DNA from: Dehalococcoidia bacterium | Lineage (GTDB): Bacteria; Chloroflexota; Dehalococcoidia; Lucifugimonadales; Lucifugimonadaceae | Assembly: GCA_965220275.1 (NCBI GenBank) | Contig: CBDCPN010000019.1 | Coordinates: 89,036 to 153,035 of the forward strand | DNA length: 64,000 nt | Reading direction: 5' to 3' | Shown here: positions 19,631 to 31,500 of the stretch, piece by piece | How the letters are laid out: each line of letters starts with the position of its first letter | How positions within the stretch are numbered: the stretch's first letter is position 1 | The notes under the pieces: model-generated | Database searches by the model: none | Told to the model about the DNA's origin: nothing | Seen by the model: only the letters and a program-made list of their open reading frames with translations | Program-made: the position numbers and the translations under genes

Positions 19631-20779
19631 ATGGTCGAGTGGCTTGGGATTGAGCACCTGTTCGAGCTTTCCACGGGAGATAAGGTCGCCGCCCTATTCA
19701 CCCCCCTCATAATCTTCATCGCCCTCTCGATCGCGACGGTGCTCCTGCCCGGCAAGTGGGTCCCCGGATACGCCACCGACGAAAGAACCGGCGAGCCCCG
19801 CAGGTACCGGCTCAACGGCCTCCTCGTCTTCGTCATCGCCAATCTCATCTGGGGCTTCGAGGTCATCCCAGGTCTGGGGCGCGATTGGTTCTACCGCACT
19901 TCGCTCTACGCAGTCGCCGGCGGCACCGGCTTCGCAGTGCTCTTCACGGCCATCGCCGTCTACACCCAGCCGAAGACCAGGGACCGCAACCCCTTTGTCG
20001 ACTTCTACGTGGGCCGCGTCCAGGAGATCCGCTTCTTCAACGACCGCCTCGACCTCAAGATGACCTTTTACGTTGTGGGCAGCACGATGCTCGGCATCAA
20101 TGCCATGTCGGGCGCGGCCTGGCACTACGAGCAGTTCAGCCCCACCAACGAAGTCAACCCCGGCGTCTTCGTCTACGCCGCCATTTTCACCTTCTACGTG
20201 TTCGACGACCACATCTTCGAGCGCGTCCGGCTCTACACCTATGACCTCATCCACGAGCGGATGGGCTTCAAGATGTTCTGGGGCGACAACATCGCCTACG
20301 GCTGGCTCTACATCCTCCCCCTGTACGGCATGGCCGCCTACCCCGACCCCGGCTTCTCGACCGCCTGGACCTACGTCTGGATCATCGGCGCCTCCGCCCT
20401 GTTCCTTGTCGGATGGGGCATAGCCCGGGGCGCCAACATCCAGAAGTACACCTTCAAGCGCTGGCCTGAACGCAAGTTCCTCGGGATCATCGAGCCCCGC
20501 TACATCCAGGCCGGCGACCGCAAGATCCTGACCAGCGGTTTCTGGGGCGTCGCCCGCCACTTCAACTACATGGGCGAGTTCCTCTTCGCCGTGGCGGTGG
20601 GCCTCTCCTTCGGATATTTTGGCGTCGCCTGGTCGTGGGCCTACCTGGCCTTCGCCGTCTGGTTGTTCACCTCGCGCCAGCGGCAGGACGACGTGGCCTG
20701 CGCCGAGAAGTACGGCCAGGAGAAGTGGGCCGAGTACCAGGAGAAGGTGCCGTACCGCATCATCCCCGGCATCTATTGA
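19631..20779 (+). CDS. ERG4/ERG24-family sterol reductase homologue (polytopic membrane NADPH reductase)
   Basis: 382-aa multi-TM protein. The C-terminus SGFWGVARHFNYMGEFLF ... SRQRQDDVACAEKYGQEKWAEYQEKVPYRIIPGIY matches the sterol reductase signature (..R..RD...C..KYG..W..Y...VPYR..P.IY), with a one-residue insertion. Confidence 0.8.
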   Translation: MVEWLGIEHLFELSTGDKVAALFTPLIIFIALSIATVLLPGKWVPGYATDERTGEPRRYRLNGLLVFVIANLIWGFEVIPGLGRDWFYRTSLYAVAGGTGFAVLFTAIAVYTQPKTRDRNPFVDFYVGRVQEIRFFNDRLDLKMTFYVVGSTMLGINAMSGAAWHYEQFSPTNEVNPGVFVYAAIFTFYVFDDHIFERVRLYTYDLIHERMGFKMFWGDNIAYGWLYILPLYGMAAYPDPGFSTAWTYVWIIGASALFLVGWGIARGANIQKYTFKRWPERKFLGIIEPRYIQAGDRKILTSGFWGVARHFNYMGEFLFAVAVGLSFGYFGVAWSWAYLAFAVWLFTSRQRQDDVACAEKYGQEKWAEYQEKVPYRIIPGIY

Positions 20780-21204
20780 TGCTGGCGGAGCCTGCGCCTG
20801 CGTTCGGGGCTAGTCCGTTTCCGCGCACGTCAGCAGGGGCTGGAGGTCGCCGACGACGAGGCGCGAGCGATGCTCGCCGAGCGTCGGGTGTTGCTGGACC
20901 GCGCGTAGACTGTCGCTGCCTTCGCCAAGGAGATGAGCGAGTTCCGGCAAACGAGCGCGACCACCGAGACGCGGGCGTTCGTGCGCTACTTCGTGAAGAA
21001 GATCATGGTCATCCCCGGCGCCGCTTCTATTCGCAACACGGCGCCTTTGCCGGACGACAGTCTTTTGGCCGGCCGGGCCAGCAAGATGTTAACCCTTGAA
21101 ACCTCGGTCCTGTCTACTGTCCACGTCGGTCCACGATCACTCCTCGCACTGCTATGTCTAAGGTCAGGCGTCCAGACGAAAATTTGAGCCTCTGCCTGGA
21201 ACTA

Positions 21205-22191
21205 CTACGCGCAAGCCGGGTCGTCGGCAGACCAGCGGTTGTAAGCGGGATCGTTTTCGCGGGCTAATCGCTCACGGGCCTGCCTCCAATCCTCTGCCCA
21301 CGCTTCGGCGTTGTGAAGCTCCGACTCCGGGTGTTCCCTGCTACGCGCAACGAACCCGGGGAATGCCGCTCTGCCTGTGTGTTGGCCAACGGGGTTGTAT
21401 CGCAGGTCCAGGCTCCACCTGATCCGGTTGCTGTTGTTCGGCAGCGAACCGTGACAGGTCAGCCGGTGCATAAATAGCGCGCTCCCTCGTCGCATCGGCA
21501 CTGGAATTGCGTCTCGGATTCGGAAGAGTTCATCCGGTATTTGCAGTCCGGACGGGGAGGTCGCCGTCCCTCCCGGGCAATGCTGGAACAGCCCTTCGGC
21601 GTGGCTTCGCGGCACCAGGTGGAGGCAACCGGCTTCCTCGTCAGCATCCCAGACGGGAATCCAGACCGTCAGTATGTCGGTATCGTCCGCCTCCTCAGTC
21701 ACGACTCCCCCGTCCTGGTGCCACGGCGTCGCGCCCAACTGGACTCCGCCTGTCTCAGGATTCACTGGGGTGAGCGCCTCGGGCGGCTTGAGACGTACGT
21801 GTTGCGTCGGGTTCGAGTAGATCTCAGGCCCGATGATCGACTCCACCGCGTCCAACAATGGCGAGGCGGTCAGGACGTCGAACACCGCCGGCCCATGCCA
21901 CATCGGGGTGTTGTACATGACGTTCCTTTGAGGCAAAGAAAAGTCGAAGTACTGGGCGTGCACCTTGCCGCTTTCCTGGTAGATCCTGGTCAGGCGCTCT
22001 CCGAACTCCATCCCATCGTACGTCGATGCGATCGCACCTTCTTCGAGTAACTCACAGGCAAGGTTATCCAGTACTTTTCCGTATTCCGCCTCAAGCGGAT
22101 CGAGAACCTCGTCAGGGTCGATCACGTCTTCGACCACCACGTAACCTTCCCGCTGAAAATGGTTCAGTTGTTCATCATTGAGCCGTGTCAT
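21205..22191 (-). CDS. Phytanoyl-CoA dioxygenase (PhyH)-family Fe(II)/2-oxoglutarate oxygenase
   Basis: N-terminal LNDEQLNHFQREGYVVVEDV, the WHQDG facial-triad HxD, and a distal His in CHGSLPN. Transcribed divergently from the PKS. Confidence 0.85.
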   Translation of the reverse strand: MTRLNDEQLNHFQREGYVVVEDVIDPDEVLDPLEAEYGKVLDNLACELLEEGAIASTYDGMEFGERLTRIYQESGKVHAQYFDFSLPQRNVMYNTPMWHGPAVFDVLTASPLLDAVESIIGPEIYSNPTQHVRLKPPEALTPVNPETGGVQLGATPWHQDGGVVTEEADDTDILTVWIPVWDADEEAGCLHLVPRSHAEGLFQHCPGGTATSPSGLQIPDELFRIRDAIPVPMRRGSALFMHRLTCHGSLPNNSNRIRWSLDLRYNPVGQHTGRAAFPGFVARSREHPESELHNAEAWAEDWRQARERLARENDPAYNRWSADDPACA

Positions 22192-22506
22192 GCAACTACG
22201 TCCTCAGTCAAAAATCCGTGATGTCGGGTCAGCATAGACCACGTTCGAAATCCTAGTAATACAACTCGGCCGATGTCAACGACATGTACTTGCCCGCTGC
22301 GTTGGCCCCAGCCAAACGAATAGTCGCCTCGGCTGCCTGGATGCGGAGCCGGGACCGGTGAGCCCCTCGCCTAATACGCCATAGGCGATGGCGTACACAT
22401 CCCAATTGGGCGAACCAACGAAAAACCCGAATGAGAACATCGTAATGACGGAATACAATTGAGAAGGTGTTGCTGAGAAGATGTCGCATCCGAAGAGAAG
22501 GACGTT

Positions 22507-25500
22507 ATGAAGATGGATGAACGGCTCGGTTCGCAGTCCGGCGAGCCCATCGCAATCGTGGGCATGGCGTGCAGGTTCCCGGGTGCGCCCGATGTAGACG
22601 CCTTCTGGCGCCTGCTTGAACGGGGTGAAAACGCGATTACCGAAGGCGTTCCCGGCTCAGGCGTCGGACGAATAGGTGAGTTTTACTCGGAGTCGGATAT
22701 TCAAAACGACGCCTCGCGGTTCGGGGCGTTCATCGATGGGATCGACCAATTTGATGCGGAGTTCTTCCGCATTTCGCCTGTCGAGGCTCAATTGCTGGAT
22801 CCTCAGCAGCGGCTGATGTTGGAAACGAGCTGGCAGGCCCTTGAGGACGCCGGTATTGACCCGGAGCGGCTGAAGGGTAGCCGCTCCGGGGTCTACATCG
22901 GCATCAGCAACATGGATTACCGCTTCATAAACATGGAATCCAGCCAGACCTCCGAGCCCGCCGCCAACCTCTACACGGTGAGCGGGACCTCCCTTAACAC
23001 CGCCGCCGGTCGGGTCGCCTTCGCCCTCGGACTTGAGGGTCCTGCAATGGCGGTGGACACCGCCTGTTCGTCCTCGCTGGTTGCGATCCACCAGTCCGTT
23101 TCGGCCCTGCAGCGGGGCGAGGCGAATCTGATCCTGGCCGGTGGGGTACAGGTAATTCTCTCCGGCCGGCTGACGGAGTTCCGCGCCAACGCCCGAATGT
23201 TATCGCCGGATGGCCAATGCAAGGCGTTCGACGCTTCAGCCAACGGTTTTGTTCGAGGCGAGGGCTGCGGCTTAGTGGTATTGAAGAGGCTCAGCGACGC
23301 GGAGGCTGACGGCGACCGAATCTGGAGCGTGATCCTTGGCTCCGCGCTCAACCAGGACGGGACCAGCACCGGACTCACGGTACCCAATGAACGGGCCCAG
23401 GCCGGCGTGATCGCCGACGCATTGGATCGCGCCGGTGTCGCTCCGTCTGAAGTGGACTACCTGGAAGCCCACGGCACGGGCACGGAGGTAGGCGACCCTA
23501 TCGAACTGAATGCCGCCGCGGCAGTGTACGGCGAAGGCAGGAATCCTGACCGCCCCCTGTTGGTCGGCTCCGTAAAAACGAATATCGGACACCTCGAGCC
23601 AACGGCCGGAGTCGCCGGTCTGATGAAGACTGTACTGTCGATTCAGAACCGGCAGATTCCCAAGCACCTGCACTTCCGGGACCCGAACCCGCGCCTGGAC
23701 TGGGACCGGCTGCCGGTAAAAATAGCCTCGGAACTGACCGAGTGGCCAGCCAGACCGGATCGTCCTCCGCGGGCGGGCATAAGCGCCTACGGGTGGTCGG
23801 GTACGAACGCCCACGTCATCGTCGAAGGTTACGGAGAGCCTGCCAACGGCTCCAACGCCGGTCGGGTTCCGTCGCGTCCCGTGGGCATCGCCCGAGCCGT
23901 TTCAGCCCCCCTGCAGGATTCGCCCAGCCGGGGAGAGTCGAATGGAGTCTGCATAGGAAGGCCTGCGAGGCTTCTACCTCTCTCGGCCAAGTCGAACGAA
24001 GCGCTGCAAGAGTTGTCGGGCCACTACCTTTCCTGGTTGGATGGGGGAACCGGAGAGTTCTCCCAAAACGGGTCTGTTGCGGGCCCGGACCTGGCAGACA
24101 TGGCCTGGACCGCAGGCGAAGGACGCAGCCACTTCGATTTCCGGGCCGGCGTGGTGTTCCGGGACATCGGTTCCCTGCGCGCCAACCTTGCTGAACTGGC
24201 GGCGTCGGATGATCCGCCGGAGATTCGCAAGGCATCGAAGGTGGCCTTTGCGTACACCGGCCAGGGCGTCCAGTGGCTGGGTATGGGAGAAGCCTTGTAC
24301 CAGTCCGAACCGGTGGCCCGCGCCGTGTTGGACCGTTGCGACCAGTTGATGCGTGAGGAGCGGGGAGCATCCCTGCTGGACGTGATGTTCGGCCGGCCCG
24401 AAGCGGCTGGCGATCTGGACGAACCGGCTTGGACACAACCGGCCGTATATGCCTTGGAATGTGCCCTTACCGCCCTATGGGCCAGCGTCGGAATCCGGCC
24501 GGACGTGGTGGTAGGCCACAGCCTTGGTGAAATCGCTGCGGCGCACACGGCAGGCGTGTTCTCCCTCGAAGACGGTCTACGGTTTGCCTGCACCCGTGGC
24601 GAATTGTTGGGATCTCTGCCGAGGGCCGGCGCCATGGCTGCGGTTTTCGCCCCGGCGAGCCGCGTATCTGAGGCAGTCGACGAATGGAATGAAGCCCACG
24701 CCGGCGCAGACATTTGTGTAGCCGTCGACAACGGTATGCACCAGGTGGTCAGTGGTCCCAAAGAGGAAGTCCACGCCTTTTCGGAGCATCTGGAGGCGTC
24801 CGCCGTAAACGTGACCCGCTTGCGGCCCAGCCCCGCCTACCACAGCCCGCTGGTAGAACCGGCTCTGGACGATTTGGAATCGTTTTTCTCTCACATCACG
24901 ATCAACCCCCCTGCCCTATCCCTGATCAGCAACATGACCGGCGGCGTCATGGGACCCGACGAAGCCCAGGATGGCCCCTACTGGCGACGCCACGCGCGTG
25001 AACCCGTGGCATTCCGCGATTGCGTGGCGACCCTGGCCGAATTGGGAGTGGACGCGGTAGTCGAGCTTGGCCCCCATCGCGTACTCGGCCCGCTTGTGTC
25101 CATGAACTGGCCGGAGGACGCAGGAAACGCCCAGCCCCCCGTCGTACTGCAAAGCCTTTTGCGCCCCTCCTTCGATGGGTCAGAACCCGAACGGGCCGAC
25201 GCCTTCGTACAGGCAGTGGCGGGCGCCTACGAAGCGGGCCTGCCCGTCTCCTTTGCCGGCCTGTTCGCCGGGGAGACCCGGCGACGGGTTGGTTTGCCGG
25301 GCTACCCGTTCCAGAGACGGCGGCACTGGGTAAAGCTGTCCGGGCGACGCCATCGCGCCGACGCCCATCCCCTGCTGGGTGTCCGGCACGAGTCACCGCG
25401 CGGTGAGATGATGTTCGAAACGGAGATGTCTCCTTTCGACCCGGACTGGCTTGACGATCATCGGGTTTACGGCCGGGTTGTCATGCCCGGCGCAGTCTAC

Positions 25501-28500
25501 GGCGCCATGGCAGCCTCGGTGTCCCTGGCCGACGGGACTGGTCCGGCGGTCGTCGAAGACTTGCAGTTGCACAACCCGCTGGTCTTCCCTGAGCAGGACG
25601 AAGAGAGCGAGTCTGACCCCCCAACACGACGGATGCAGTTAGTGCTGGATCCCTCCGAAAACAACCGACCACGCCATTTCGAAGTTTTCAGCAAAGGGGA
25701 GACTGAAGAGGCCTGGACCCTCCATGCGGAGGGAAGTTTGGCATCGAACGCGGCTAGATCGGGCAGTCAACAAGAGACTGACCTGGAAGCCTTGAAGGCA
25801 GGATTGCAACGGCAAGACCTGCGCGCCTACTACCAGGCCAAGGCGTCGACCGGTATCGACTTTGGCCCGCGTTTGCTTTCCCTGGAAGCCCTGTGGGGAC
25901 GCTCCGGCGAGGCGGTCGGCGATGTCGTCCTGCAGGACACCGGGGAAGGAATCGGGTCGTGGGTACACCCGTTGCTATTGGACGGCTGTTTCCAGGTACT
26001 TTCGGCGGCACGAGACCTGGCCGGCATGGGGTCAGGCGCAACCTACTTGCCTTTCGCCTGGGAGCGCCTGTCAGTGAACGGCCCGCTACCTGAGCGGTTG
26101 GTGTGCCATGCCCGAATGAGGGAAGTCGGTGGGGCAGCAGGCTCTGAACCCGCATCTTCTGAACAGCCGGAAACCCTGACCGGTGACCTGTGGTTCTACG
26201 ATTCAGAGGGAACTGCGCTTGGCGAATTGTCGGGGTTCATCGTAAAACGGGCGACGCGTGCTGCACTCCTATCCGCATCAGCGGGGTTGCAGGACATGCT
26301 CTACGAGACAGTCTGGCGGGAAAGCCCACTGCTAGACCGGTTGCAACCCGCCGACGCTCTTGCCGCACCGTCCACTGTCGCCACAGCCACCGGCACGTTT
26401 GGCGATTACCTTGCCCGCGAGGGAGTATCCCCGGAAGAGAGATCTGCTCTACTGGACGACCTCGAGCGGTTGTCTCGCGCCTACGCGCTCGCAGCCATGG
26501 ACCGGCTTGGCTGGGAGCGCCGACCGGGAGCGACTGTAGACCCTGAGTCACTGCGAGAACAGTTGAAGGTCCTCCCCGAACATTCAATATTGCTGGAGAG
26601 AATTCTGCGCCTGATGGCCGACGCGGGAATCCTGGACAGGGTCGGCGGAAATTACCTGGTCAAGATAGGCTCTGGAGACCCCCTGCCCGACAACACGCTG
26701 GCCGACCCCGATGCATTCAACGACCAGTTGACCGTGCAGCACCCCCACGGCTCCGTAGAGCTAGGGCTGTTGCGCAGAAGCGGAGGCGCGCTGGCCCCGG
26801 TGCTCCAGGGAGATACAGACCCCCTGTCCATCCTGTTCCCAAGGGAGGGGCCCGGCATTGCGGACTACTACTTCACCGCCCCAGCGTCTCGGGCTACAAA
26901 CCAGTTGCTGGGTGATGCCGTGGCTTCGGCCGTGGCCAACTGGCCGGAAGACCGGCCGTTGCGAATTCTGGAGGTGGGCGCCGGCACCGGGTCTGGTACT
27001 TCCGTAGTTTTGCCTGAACTGCAGCCCGGTAACTTCACTTACATGTTCACCGATATTTCGGCAGGGTTTTTCGCTGAAGCCGAGAACAGGTTTGGCGATT
27101 CGGAAGCCCCGCTGGAATACCGTGCCCTGGACATCGAGCGAAACCCCTGTGACCAGGGCTTTGATCTGCATGCCTATGACCTGGTTATCGCCGTCAATGT
27201 GCTGCATGCCACCCGAAACCTTGGAGAGACGCTGGCCAACTGCCGTGAGTTGATGGCGCCTTCGGGAAAGCTGATCGCGGTGGAAAACTTGCGGGGCCGG
27301 GGCTGGCAGGACATGGTGTTCGGGCAACTGGACGGCTGGTGGAGGTTCTCGGACGAATATCGCCCAGATCACGCACTCGCGTCGCCGCAGGTATGGCGGC
27401 GAGCCCTGGCCGATACCGGATTCGTGGAGTCGGCCGTCCTGGGAGGGGAGGCAGGGACAGACGAGAGGCCGATGGGGTCCGGAGTCGTCCTGGCCGAAGG
27501 GCCGCCTGAAGTCACGTGGCCGGCAGGGGCATGGGTGGTGGCCGGCGGCGGGGACAACGTTCCTGGAGAACTGGCGTCAGCCTTGGCGGACAAAAACCAG
27601 GCCGTAGTGCTGGCCGTCGCCGCAGCAGAAACCGGTAGAACTGCTGCCCCGGCGGGAATTCAGTGCGTGACAGTGGACCCGGACGACAGAAATTCCTGGC
27701 TCGACTTGTTGAATGGGCTGCCGGAGGACCTCCCACTGCGGGGCGTGGTGCATTGCTTCGCCACGGGAGGGCACGGAGTACAGGCTACTACGCAGGAAAT
27801 GGCGGAAGATGTCCGAACGGCCGGGCAGTCCGCCTTGACCCTTGCCCAGGCTTTGCAGGATGCAGACGTTTCGCTGGACAGTGGGTTTTGGTTGGTCACG
27901 GAAGGAGCGCAGGCACTGGAGCGGGACTACTTGCGCGAGAGTGCCGGCAATTTGGCCGGAGCCTCCCTGTGGGGACTGGGGAGGGTTGTGGCGCGGGAAG
28001 CAGCACATCTTTGTCCGCGGATGCTGGACCTGGACCCCGCGGATAAAACCCAGACAGATCACCTGGTCAATGAGCTGATGTTCCCCGACCCGGAAACTCA
28101 GGTAGCTTACCGGGACGGTCACCGCCTGGCAGCGCGCCTGGTCCGGAGTGGGTCGGCGAGAACAAGACTGGATTTGCCGGAAGAGCAAACCTGGCGCCTC
28201 ATGCCCGATGCAGAGGGAGCGTTGGAAGGACTGCACGCCGAACCAACGCAGCAACCGGACCTGCAGCCCGGGCAGGTGCGAGTGGAAGTGGAAGCAGCAG
28301 GCGTGAACTTCCTGGACGTGCTGCTCAGCCTCGGTGTCGTTGAATCGGCAGACCCTCGTCTGGGCGAAGAATTCTGCGGGCGGGTAGTGGAGGCGGCCCC
28401 GGACGTAACCGAGTTCGCCGCAGGCGACCGGGTGATCGGACTGGCCTTCGGCACATTTGGTCCAGAGGTCGTAACGCAGGCCGACCTGGTCGCGCCTGCC

Positions 28501-31500
28501 CCGGAGGGGATGTCGTCGGCAGCGCTGGCGACCATACCTTCGGCCTTCGTAAGCGCCGGGCTGAGTTTCGAAGAGGCTGACTTGAAACCCGGTGACCGCG
28601 TACTCATCCACACCGCCTCAGGCGGCGTGGGACTGGCTGCGGTCCAGTTGGCGCAGGCGGCAGGCCTCGAGGTATTCGCAACCGCAAGCGCCCCCAAGCG
28701 GCCATATCTCCGGTCATTGGGCATCGAGCACGTCTTCGATAGTCGAACAACCGGGTTCGGGCGGGAAATCCTGGAGGCCACCGGCGGCGTTGGCGTGAAC
28801 ATGGTGTTGAACAGCCTCACCGGTCCCGGGTTCATCGAGGACAGTCTGTCCTGCCTGGCTGACGGAGGCAGTTTCGTAGAGATGGGCAGGCGGGACATCT
28901 GGAACGCCGAGGAGATGGCAGCAGCGCGCCCCGATGTTTTCTATTACGTGCTGGAGTTGGATTGGCTAAAGAAAAATGACCCCGCCAGACCGGGATCCGT
29001 GCTGCGTGACGTGATGCAGATGATGACGTCAAGCGCATTGAAGCCGCTGGCACACACGCGATGGCCAATAGCCGAAGCCGGAGCCGCCATGGGGTTTATG
29101 CAATCGGCGAGGCACATCGGAAAGAACGTGCTCGTAATGCCGCCCGTCACCGGCGGTCAGTTGCGGCCTGATCGTACTTACCTGGTCACCGGAGGCATGG
29201 GGGGCATCGGCATCGAAGTGGCCAAGTGGCTCGCAGACCTCGGGGCCGGCGTGATAGTCCTGAATGGGCGCAGACCCCCGGACGATGAGGCCGAACAGGC
29301 CATAGAAGCCCTCAGGCAGCGCGGCGCCGACGTTCGGGTGGAGTTGGCCGACATGACCGACCCTGAAGCGGTTGATGCCATGTTGGCCCGCATTGATGCC
29401 GAAATGCCCGACATTGCCGGTGTCATCCACAGCGTGGGAGTGTTGTCAGACGCCGCGCTGGGCAACCAGACCTGGGAACGATTCGAACAGGTGTTGTGGC
29501 CCAAAATCCTGGGAGCGTGGCATCTGCACCGGGCCACCCTGGACCGCGATCTTGACCTGTTCGTCCTCTTCAGCAGCATTACCGGGGTTTTGGGTAACTC
29601 CGGTCAGGGCAACCACGCCGCGGCCAATACCTTCCTGGACCAACTTGCCGAGTACCGCAGATCTCTGGGACTTCCCGGCCAGGCGATAGCGTGGGGAGCC
29701 TGGTCAGGATTGGGTGAGGCCGAAGAACAGAGAGAAAGGATCGAACGGCAACTCGAATCATCGGGGACTGGCTGGATTAGTCCAAACCAGGGCCTCGACG
29801 CATTCGACCAGGTGGTCCGACGCGATCTGACCTCCTGCATGGTGGCGGCGGTGGATTGGCCGGTCTTCACCGAGAAATTTGAAGACGCCCCAAAATTCCT
29901 GGAAGACTTGATCACCAGCGGGTCGGAGTCTGAGGAGGACGACGCCGAGTCGTCCGGTCCGGTCGATCTGATGTCGGAGTTCAGGCAAAGCGCACCCGCG
30001 GACCGGCAAGGCGTGGTCGTTGCCTTCGTACAGCAGGAATTGCAGGCGGTGATGAGGATGCCGTCAGTACCTGCCCCGACGGTTGGTTTCTTCGAGTTGG
30101 GAATGGACTCATTGGTGGCGGTCGAGTTCCGCAACCGGTTGAACAGGTCCCTGGCGGGTGACTACGTAGTATCCAATACCGCTGTATTCGATTACCCGAC
30201 AGTCGACGACCTCGCACGCCATCTGTCGGAGGAACTCAACCAGGTGGCAGGGGACGAATCGCCTGAAGCAATCCAGGACAGTCCTGCCCGGGCGACCGTC
30301 CCGCCGGTAAGCCGCGATCCCCAGGAGGACGCCATAGCCATTGTGGGAATGGCCTGCCGCTTCCCCGGCGCGCCGGACCTTTCGGCTTATTGGGACCTGT
30401 TGGAAGCCGGGAGATCCGCAATAACGGACGGTAGACAGGACCGGGGGACCTGGGATGGCCTGACCGGAGACCCGGCCGCCAAGGACGCGGCTTACCGCAG
30501 GGGCGGTTTTGTCGAAGGGCTTGACCAATTTGACGCCAGGTTCTTCCGTATTGCGCCGATTGAAGCTCGAATGATGGACCCCCAGCAGCGGATGTTGCTG
30601 GAGACTAGTTGGCAAGCCCTGGAAGATGCCGCGATCAACCCGGACAGGCTTAGAGGCAGTCGCACCGGGGTCTATGCCGGGGTAGGCAGCGCCGAATACA
30701 GGGACCTCATTGCAGCAGGGGGACAGGAAGACAGTTACCTGGGAACGGCTGCAAGCGTGGCAGTGGGTCGAGTTGCCTTCGCCCTTGGCCTCGAGGGACC
30801 GGCTATGCCGGTGGATCTGGCATGCGCGTCATCCCTGGCCGCAGTGCACCAGGCGGCCGAGGCGCTTCGCCGGAGTGAAGTGGACCTGGCCATTGCCGGC
30901 GGCGTCAACGCGACTTTGTCGCAGGGGTTCACGAGGTTCCACAAGGACATAGGCATGTTGTCCGCCTCCGGACATTGCAACGCCTTCGACGCCGCTGCCG
31001 ACGGTTACATCCGGGGCGAAGGCTGTGGGGTAGTGGTCCTGAAACGGCTTGGCGATGCGGAAGCCGACGGCGACCGCATCTGGGGACTGATTAGAGGCTC
31101 AGCGGTCAACCAGAACGGCGCCAGCGCCGCGTTGACGGTGCCCAACGGCCCGGCCCAGGAACGGGTGATGGAGGCGGCCCGCACGCAGGCGGGCGTCAAC
31201 CCGTCCGATGTCGACTACCTGGAGGCGCACGCGGTGGGCTCGCAGTTGGGAGACCCTATTGAGCTTAATGCTGTCGCATCGGTTTACGGCAGAGAGCGCG
31301 ACAGTCAACGTCCACTTTTGATTGGAACGGTCAAGTCGAACATCGGACACGTTGAATGGGCGGCAGGAATAGCCGGTTTCATCAAGACCGTCCTCTCCAT
31401 GAAAAAGGGAGTGATTCCCGAGAGTCTGCACTTCAAAACCCCGAACCCAAACGTCAACTGGGAACAAGTACCGGTGAAAGTGACGTCCGGTCGAACAGTC

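Noticed and set aside
24830-24853. Assigning AT1 extender-unit specificity (malonyl versus methylmalonyl) from the AYHS motif
   Set aside because: The motif is neither the canonical HAFH nor YASH. GHSLGE and the presence of a cMT domain favour malonyl-CoA, but I cannot make a confident call without a proper alignment.
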